Assembly: GCA_046758365.1 (NCBI GenBank)
Contig: JBHIAC010000103.1
Span: 1-11,831 of the forward strand
Source of the DNA: a bacterium
GTDB taxonomy: Bacteria; Zhuqueibacterota; Zhuqueibacteria; Oceanimicrobiales; Oceanimicrobiaceae
Direction: 5' to 3'
Length of the DNA stretch: 11,831 bases
Part shown: positions 5,526-11,831 of the stretch, in pieces
Numbering within the stretch: the first letter of the stretch is position 1
Layout: each line of letters opens with the position of its first letter
Translations under genes and position numbers: made by a program
The notes under the pieces: generated by a model
Database searches by the model: none
What the model saw: the letters and a program-made list of their open reading frames with translations, nothing else
Told to the model about the DNA's origin: nothing

Positions 5526-8198
5526 ATGAAAAATCATATTTTTTGTGCCTTTGTATTAATTTTTGCCCTTACATTCTTTTGCCTTAAGGTGAGTGCACAA
5601 GAGAACCCAAAAGAAAAGGTCAAGCAGGACACCACCAAAGCACAGGCCAAAGAAGAAGGGGAAAAGAAGGAAAAGAAGAAGAAAGGGAAGCCTTTTGAAG
5701 AGGTGGTGGAAGACTTCGAGGTCATCCAGGGGCTTTTCACCTTCTATAAAAAAGAAGACCAAGGTAAGGTGTATATGGAAATCAAACCTCAGCAGATTGA
5801 CAAAATCTACCTGTGCTCCATTACTCGGGAGGCTGGCGACGGTTATTATTTCGATTCTGCGGCCATGATGGGGCGATTCCCCTTCATCTTCAAAAGAATT
5901 GGGCAAAAGGTCTTGTTCATCCATAAGAACGTATATTTCCGTGCTGATAAGGATGCGGCCATTCATCGTGCTATTGCTCGTGGGGTGCCTAACTCTATTA
6001 TAGGTTCCGCCAAGATCGAGAGCGAGCCCCATCCGGAGCGGGGCAGCATTCTGGTAGACCCAAGTGGGTTTTTCATTCAGGACATTGGTATGGTTAGCTA
6101 TATCTTCAGCGAGTTTATTAAAAATGTCAAGTACAATTTCGACAAAGAAAACAGTTATTTCGGGATGTTGAAGTCTTTTTCTGAAAACACGGAAATCGAA
6201 GTGGTGCTTAACTTCACCAGTTCTAACCCGAAACCGACTCCTACTATCCCAGATGATCGCAGCTTCCAGCATACCTACCATTACAGTCTTTCAACCATAC
6301 CTGAAACAGATTATCAGCCACGTCTTGCGGATGATCGGGTTGGACATTTCCTGACTATGTATCAGGACTATACTTCAGTACTCCGTGATTCTCCTTATAA
6401 TCGATATATCAATCGCTGGCATTTGGCGAAGGCCGAGCCCAAATTTAAAGTTTCTCCACCTAAGAAGCCTATCGTCTACTGGCTTGAAAACACCATTCCG
6501 GTTGAATATCGACAAGCAGTGAAAGAAGGCTTACTGCTTTGGAATAAGGCTTTTGAGCGTATTGGTTTTAAAGATGCCATTGTGGTTAAGCAGCAACCGG
6601 ATGATGCTGATTGGGATCCCGCAGACGTACGATACAATACGGTACGCTGGATCGTCCAGCCCGGCGGTGGCTACGCGGTGGGCCCTTCCCGAACGAATCC
6701 TTTTACGGGACAGATTTACGATGCAGACATCCGGGTCAGCGCCGACTTCCTGCGCTATGTTTTTCGGGGCTACGAAGAATTTGCTAAGCCAGTGGCTATG
6801 GGTGATTCGATTTCCACCTCATTAGGAATCTTGGGAAACTATTCTCAAGGGTTCTGCGATTTCCAAAACGAAGCGGTGCAACAAGCTGCCTTTGGTTGGA
6901 GTCTGCTCTCTGCCCGGGGCCTGGTGGGTAAAAATGACGTTGATATTGAAAAATATCTTCACAATTTATTGATTTGGCTAATAGCTCACGAAGTGGGACA
7001 TACCCTGGGTTTGCGCCATAATTTCAAAGCCAGTACTATCCATCCAGTTGACCAACTTCAGAACAAACAACTGACAACTGAACAGGGGATAACAAGCTCG
7101 GTGATGGATTATATCCCTGTGAACATTGCGCCCGAAGGCCGGAAGCAAGGGCAATACTATCAGACAACCCTTGGACCTTACGATTACTGGGCTATTGAAT
7201 ATGCCTATAAGCCTATCGACGCTGACAGCCCAGAGAGTGAGCTTGCTATATTAGAAAAAATCGCATCCAGGGTAGCTGACCCCGAAATTCCCTACGGTAC
7301 GGATGAAGATGCGTTCGGGGGCGCACGAGGCATTGATCCTAGTTGTAATCGGTGGGATTTGGGCACGGATCCTATCGCCTTTTACCGTGATCGTATCAAT
7401 CTGGCTCAGGAACTGTGGAGTAAAATAGTGCAACTGTTCGAAAAAAAAGGAAATCGCTATCAAAAGTTCCGTCTGGTATTTAACCAGGGTATCAGTCAGT
7501 ATTTCACGGCAGTTATGAATGTGACCAAGTACATCGGGGGTATTTACCACAGGCGAGATCACGTAGGCGATCCCAATGGCCGCATCCCATTTGAGCCGGT
7601 TCAGGCTGCAAAACAACGTGACGCCTTGGAATTTCTGAAAAAGAATGTTTTCGGTCCGCAGGCCTTTAATGTTTCGCCAGATTTGTTAAACAGGCTGGCA
7701 CCCGAACGCTTCTGGGATTTTTCTGGCTCAATCTGGCAGATGAAGCGAATTGATTATCCGATCCATGACATCATACTCTCGATTCAAACTAGTCCCTTGA
7801 CTCGTCTCTATGATCCTATATTATTGGGCCGTATGCTGGACATCGAACTTCGCTACAATAAAAGTGAAGAGCCCTTCACTATGGCTGATATGTTCGAAGG
7901 CATAAGGGAAGCGATTTGGTCAGAGCTCGCTGGACCTACAAACGTTAACAGTTTTCGTCGGGCTTTACAGCGGGCGCATCTCGACAAACTTATCACACTG
8001 GTGGTGAAGCCAGCTAAAGGTGTTCCTGAGGATGCGTGTACCTTAGCGCGTGCTGATCTGGTTAAATTGAAGAGCGAGATCGATCGGGCGCTTTCCAATG
8101 GAGAACTTGACGCTTATACTCAGGCCCATCTAGATGAAACTCATGCACAAATCGAGGCGGCCCTCAAGGCTGGTATCGAGCGTCAACTTGGCTTATAG
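5526..8198 (+). CDS. Secreted zinc-dependent metalloprotease, EcxA-like metzincin (DUF5118/DUF5117 plus EcxA zinc-binding architecture)
   Basis: HEVGHTLGLRHNF (HExxHxxGxxH) and Met-turn SSVMDY. Family motifs PRLADDRVGHF, KPIVYW, WNKAFERIGFKDA, DVRYN, NPFTGQIYDADI, LGPYDYWAIEYAY. Signal peptide (..VSA|Q); RBS AAAGGAGG. Confidence 0.93.
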   Translation: MKNHIFCAFVLIFALTFFCLKVSAQENPKEKVKQDTTKAQAKEEGEKKEKKKKGKPFEEVVEDFEVIQGLFTFYKKEDQGKVYMEIKPQQIDKIYLCSITREAGDGYYFDSAAMMGRFPFIFKRIGQKVLFIHKNVYFRADKDAAIHRAIARGVPNSIIGSAKIESEPHPERGSILVDPSGFFIQDIGMVSYIFSEFIKNVKYNFDKENSYFGMLKSFSENTEIEVVLNFTSSNPKPTPTIPDDRSFQHTYHYSLSTIPETDYQPRLADDRVGHFLTMYQDYTSVLRDSPYNRYINRWHLAKAEPKFKVSPPKKPIVYWLENTIPVEYRQAVKEGLLLWNKAFERIGFKDAIVVKQQPDDADWDPADVRYNTVRWIVQPGGGYAVGPSRTNPFTGQIYDADIRVSADFLRYVFRGYEEFAKPVAMGDSISTSLGILGNYSQGFCDFQNEAVQQAAFGWSLLSARGLVGKNDVDIEKYLHNLLIWLIAHEVGHTLGLRHNFKASTIHPVDQLQNKQLTTEQGITSSVMDYIPVNIAPEGRKQGQYYQTTLGPYDYWAIEYAYKPIDADSPESELAILEKIASRVADPEIPYGTDEDAFGGARGIDPSCNRWDLGTDPIAFYRDRINLAQELWSKIVQLFEKKGNRYQKFRLVFNQGISQYFTAVMNVTKYIGGIYHRRDHVGDPNGRIPFEPVQAAKQRDALEFLKKNVFGPQAFNVSPDLLNRLAPERFWDFSGSIWQMKRIDYPIHDIILSIQTSPLTRLYDPILLGRMLDIELRYNKSEEPFTMADMFEGIREAIWSELAGPTNVNSFRRALQRAHLDKLITLVVKPAKGVPEDACTLARADLVKLKSEIDRALSNGELDAYTQAHLDETHAQIEAALKAGIERQLGL

Positions 8199-8211
8199 AG
8201 AAGATAATCTC

Positions 8212-9582
8212 ATGATCACTAAACGCACGGACGTCGTTGGAAGTTTGCATTTAGGAAACACTGACCCCGAAAGCATTTGGGGTTTTGCTCTAACCTTTTT
8301 ATTATTAATAGTTTTAACATTCGGTTGTGATTTGAAAATTCAGGAGGAGTCTACTACTGTTATTAATCTGGAATCAATTCAAGTGACAAAGGACCCTTGG
8401 CCGAAAGATAGTCCTGCTTGGTCACCAGACGGTTCCATGATTGCCTATTCTTATTTTCGAAGAGCCACGGCATTAATACAATTTCCCTTGGGTGGCGAAG
8501 CGCTAAGTACATTTGGACGTGTTGAAGAGGACATTAGATTTAGAAAATTAGCTCTATCTCCTGAGGGCTCGACCATTGCCTTCGTTTCATTCAGAAATGA
8601 TACTACTGCGATATGGATTATACCAGCCAATGGTGGAAAAGAAACCAAGCTGACTAAAAATGTAAGATTTGCTGATAATCCTTCCTGGTCCCCCGATGGT
8701 TCCAAAATTGCTTATTGGACACCAAGTGGTATATGGATCTCTTCAACGAATGGAGATATATTGAGCCAAACCTCAATAAAAGACATTTATCCAACATGGT
8801 TTCCGGATGGCATTACGCTTTTAGGAACTCAAAGCATTGTATATTCAAATATAAATGTGATTTCATTAGTAGATTCAGCCATCGTACCAATAACCGAATC
8901 TTTGGAGAATCAATTAGACTTAAATCCAAGCTGGTTTCCTGATAACAATAAAATTGCTTTTGTAAAAAGAATGTCCACTAGCGAAAACATACGAGCCATC
9001 TGGACCATTCCCTTTTTAGGAGGAGAAGCAACCCCTTTGACCGGTGACTCCAATAGCCTCAAATTTGAAGAAAATCCTGCTGTATCCCCAGATGGAACTC
9101 AACTTGTTTATGACAACGGTGGCGATCTATTTCTACTCTCCCTGACAGAAGGAGAAATTTATAATTTAACACCACACATTAGTGAAGCATTAAATCATCC
9201 AACTTGGTCTCCGGACGGTGAGAGAATTGCTTGTAGTGGCGAAAGTGGCCTAAAAATATTTAGATTAGAATCAAATCAACTGGTCGAAGAAGTAACTATT
9301 GAAGGAGATTTTTACAATCCTACCTGGTCTCCCATTCATCCAGTTTATGGTTCTCATATTGCCGTTGAAAGCTTTTATAACATCTTTATTATTTCGCCGG
9401 ATGATCAAAATGTAAAAAGAGTTATGAGTGGTGCTGAGGATTACAGTAGCTATTTTTCGGTACAAGGAGGAAGTGCTAATCAGAATTTAGTGATCTTGGA
9501 CGGTGTTGTAATCCCAAACCTATATCGATTTAGAGCTGTATTTGGCGGTGGAGTTAGTGATTTTAATCCCAATACCATATAG
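8212..9582 (+). CDS. TolB-like PD40-repeat beta-propeller lipoprotein whose C-terminus is fused in frame to a TonB-dependent receptor plug fragment (probably a deletion chimera)
   Basis: Lipobox LTFG|C (Cys 8326-8328) after a hydrophobic stretch. Eight PD40-like repeats: PAWSPDG, LALSPEG, PSWSPDG, PTWFPDG, PSWFPDN, PAVSPDG, PTWSPDG, PTWSP. ATG 8212 preferred over 8134, which overlaps the upstream gene. The last ~52 aa are a TBDR plug motif. Confidence 0.7.
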   Translation: MITKRTDVVGSLHLGNTDPESIWGFALTFLLLIVLTFGCDLKIQEESTTVINLESIQVTKDPWPKDSPAWSPDGSMIAYSYFRRATALIQFPLGGEALSTFGRVEEDIRFRKLALSPEGSTIAFVSFRNDTTAIWIIPANGGKETKLTKNVRFADNPSWSPDGSKIAYWTPSGIWISSTNGDILSQTSIKDIYPTWFPDGITLLGTQSIVYSNINVISLVDSAIVPITESLENQLDLNPSWFPDNNKIAFVKRMSTSENIRAIWTIPFLGGEATPLTGDSNSLKFEENPAVSPDGTQLVYDNGGDLFLLSLTEGEIYNLTPHISEALNHPTWSPDGERIACSGESGLKIFRLESNQLVEEVTIEGDFYNPTWSPIHPVYGSHIAVESFYNIFIISPDDQNVKRVMSGAEDYSSYFSVQGGSANQNLVILDGVVIPNLYRFRAVFGGGVSDFNPNTI

Positions 9583-10819
9583 ATTGAATTTTCTCACAAT
9601 TATATCATACTATAATGATAGGACGGATTTCCGGGCTTTTGATCCTGATACATCTGTTTTAATTCTGGAAAAACAAAACCTTGAAACAAGAGTAATAAAT
9701 TTTTCAATCAAAGAAGATGTACGCTACAAAATTTCTGATGCCAGTTGGTTAAGTTTGGGGATGACTGCTTCGCTAATCCCGTCAAAAGTAAATTTCATTT
9801 CCCAAGAGAAAAATTTTTTCTGTGCCAGAACTGAATTTCCAAGATTCGTTAATTTCGATAAAAAATATCTTTACTATACAGCATATTTACAAAATTCCTC
9901 TAAATTAACCCAGAAAATACACCTAAGGGTTGGCGTGAGGTATGACTATTCTACTCTTATAAAGGACGGTGCTCCGAGTCCGAGATTCAGTATATGGTAT
10001 CAAATAAATGATCGCACATCCATTGCGGGATCCTGGGGTATATTCTATCAATACCCAGATCTTCTTTCCATATATACTCGTGATCCACCCGTAGATTTAA
10101 GTAAAAATTTAGATTTAATTAACGCTGAAAAATCGACGCATTATTTATTTAGTATTAAAAGAACATTGCCTAGTAACATGGTTGTAAAATTGGGATTTTA
10201 TTACAAAGACCTCGAGCGCCTTTTAATGCCCGAAGATAATGAGTTTTATATTCCGCACAATACAGGTCTTGGCGTTTCTGAGGGCGTTGAATTTGAATTA
10301 AACAAGAGCTCTTCTGGTCGAGAGAGGTTAAGTGGCTTCATAAGTTATTCTTTTGGTAGTTCTAAGTATTGCGAGATTAACTCCAATAAATGGGTCCCTT
10401 TCAAATTTGATCAACGTCATCGTTTAACGCTTTTAGCTAATATTAGGCTTTGGGGTAATTGGAGGGCGAGCTTTTTATGGCAAGTTGCTAGTGGATTACC
10501 TTTTACAGATATAATAGGTATTCGTAGTAATCCAACTTACCTCAATGATTGGGATTTTGTAAGAGGGCCACAAAATGAAGCAAAGTTACCTTACTTTCAT
10601 AGGCTTGATGCACGATTAAATTATCAGCATTGGGTTGGTAATAGATTGTTCTCTTTCTATTTAGATTTTATTAACTTAACGAATCGTAGTAACATTTATG
10701 ACATCCTTTGGGATAAAGAGTATATCGAGGAATCTAAAACAATTTTACGAGTGGCTAAGAAAAGAACGATTTATATGCTTCCTTTTTTTCCATCATTTGG
10801 AGTGAGTTTTAAATTGTGA
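9424..10819 (+). pseudogene. Disrupted TonB-dependent receptor: plug fragment, in-frame TAG, +1 frame change, C-terminal beta-barrel
   Basis: Plug motif DYSSYFSVQGGSANQNLVILDGVVIPN...FNPNTI*IEFS in one frame. Barrel motifs LRVGVRYDY, SPRFS, SWGIFYQYP, AEKSTHY, GFYYKD, SGFISYSF, FDQRHRL, ASGLPFT, LPYFHRLDAR, FINLTNRSN and C-terminal LPFFPSFGVSFKL in another. The barrel ORF has no signal peptide or credible start. Confidence 0.75.
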
Positions 10820-10893
10820 ATTGAATTAATTAATCAAAGCAAATCTTCTGTTCACTACTGTACTCACTACATTCTTCTAACAACAAAAGATTT

Positions 10894-11831
10894 TTAAAGC
10901 CCTTCCATTGCCAGTACATAAGCCAAAATCGCCATAGCGGCAGCACCTAACTCCAATTCCCGTTCGTTGACTTTATCGAAAGTATCGTTGTCCGAATGGT
11001 GGTAATCAAAATAGCGCTGGGATTCCACAACCAAACCAATAGTAGGAACACCTAATTTATCTAAGGGAGAGATGTCAACCCCACCATACCCTGGTTTAAT
11101 ATTACCGGCATCCATGCTTTCGAAAAGATACCCCCAGTGAGCGATCTTGTTAAAGGTTTTTTCATTCGTTTTCACAGAAAATCCTCTCGGCATAAATCCG
11201 CCGCGGTCGCTTTCTATGGCTGCGATGTGTTTAGGATTTTCCTTTTTTACCATTTCGGCATATTTTCGTCCACCCCGCAAGCCGTTTTCTTCATTCATAA
11301 ACAGCACCGACCGAATGGTGCGCTTCGGTCTCAAGCCCATAGAGTTAAGCAACCGCAAAGCTTCGATGGATTGCACGCAACCGGCACCGTCGTCATGGGC
11401 GCCTTGTCCTTTGTCCCAGCTATCCAGATGTCCGCCGAGCACAATCACCTCGTCAGGTATCTCGGTTCCTGTAATTTCACCGATGACATTGGCTGAAGGG
11501 ACATCAGGGAGGGTTTCACAAGTAAGCCGGAGGCGCACCTGAACGATTTCGTCTTGTTTAATAAGTTTACTTAGAAAATTAGCCTCCATGGTGCTGATAG
11601 CCGCCGCCGGTATCTTGAGGACATTCTCATCATAATGCATGGCACCCGTGTGCGGCACCTTGTCCAATCTAGTAGTCATGGAGCGGACTAGTACAGCCAC
11701 CGCCCCGACTTTGGCTGCCTCTATGGCACCACGAGCACGCTGGTTCACGGCGGCCCCATAAGCAGCAAATGTGTTTATTTTGCGTGAGTCCATGGGACGG
11801 TTATAAAAAATGATTTTGCCTTGAGCTTTGG
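10894..11831 (-). CDS. M28-family (carboxypeptidase Q-like) metallopeptidase with PA domain, 5' end outside the window
   Basis: GGHLDSWD, GAHDDGAG, FMNEENGL, IESD and YHHSDNDT metal/catalytic motifs. The frame stays open upstream of ATG 11793 (KAQGKIIFYNRP-MDSRK) to the window edge. Confidence 0.93.
   Translation of the reverse strand, partial: KAQGKIIFYNRPMDSRKINTFAAYGAAVNQRARGAIEAAKVGAVAVLVRSMTTRLDKVPHTGAMHYDENVLKIPAAAISTMEANFLSKLIKQDEIVQVRLRLTCETLPDVPSANVIGEITGTEIPDEVIVLGGHLDSWDKGQGAHDDGAGCVQSIEALRLLNSMGLRPKRTIRSVLFMNEENGLRGGRKYAEMVKKENPKHIAAIESDRGGFMPRGFSVKTNEKTFNKIAHWGYLFESMDAGNIKPGYGGVDISPLDKLGVPTIGLVVESQRYFDYHHSDNDTFDKVNERELELGAAAMAILAYVLAMEGL

Noticed and set aside
8400..9340. Recurrent TGGTCxCCxGAxGG DNA motifs as a CRISPR or repeat array
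   Set aside because: They encode WSPDG of the PD40 repeats, vary at wobble positions and are irregularly spaced.
5534..9465. Short overlapping ORFs inside the metzincin and TolB-like genes (5534..5740, 5556..6281, 5593..5868, 6553..6825, 7251..7616, 7853..8098, 8451..8705, 8715..8942, 9271..9465)
   Set aside because: Alternative-frame or antisense shadows with no independent evidence.
9580..9582. Pyrrolysine or amber read-through at the TAG in the plug fragment
   Set aside because: Read-through hits TAA about 10 codons later and would not reach the barrel frame; TAG is a normal stop elsewhere (5183-5185, 8196-8198).
9542..9592. TTG 9542 as a true start of a 425-aa receptor
   Set aside because: It overlaps the plug-coding frame, has no RBS or signal peptide, and the first ~17 residues look like off-frame translation.
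10841..10893. AAATCTTCTGTT / AACAAAAGATTT inverted repeat and a TCACTAC direct repeat between convergent genes
   Set aside because: AT-rich 11/12-bp stem with a 29-nt loop; too weak to call a terminator or element.
11137..11542. Plus-strand ORFs 11137..11496 and 11147..11542
   Set aside because: Antisense to the conserved M28 catalytic domain.

Overview
Bacterial window, probably a Gram-negative organism (inferred from the TonB-receptor and lipoprotein content; not assignable further from sequence alone). Left half, minus strand: an ECF sigma factor, a membrane-anchored zinc-finger (ZAS) anti-sigma, a secreted protein built from two tandem copies of an unnamed ~170-190 aa domain, and a protease-less tandem-PDZ protein. 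The cluster has a candidate ECF promoter and a terminator, and is followed by the 5' end of a possible AlkD-like gene. The main find is divergent from it: the two ORF-track calls 4187..4486 and 4508..5185 are one in-frame gene, a secreted DUF3179-family protein. Its in-frame TGA (4484-4486) sits at the first Cys of the family's CPLC-type motif (W-U-P-L-A-N-T-G) and is followed by a bacterial SECIS-like hairpin, so it is a probable selenoprotein. Next come an intact EcxA-like metzincin, then a more AT-rich, apparently collapsed locus. There a TolB-like (PD40) lipoprotein runs in frame into a TonB-dependent receptor plug fragment, followed by a stop, a frameshift and a partial beta-barrel. The window ends with a convergent M28 peptidase cut by the edge.
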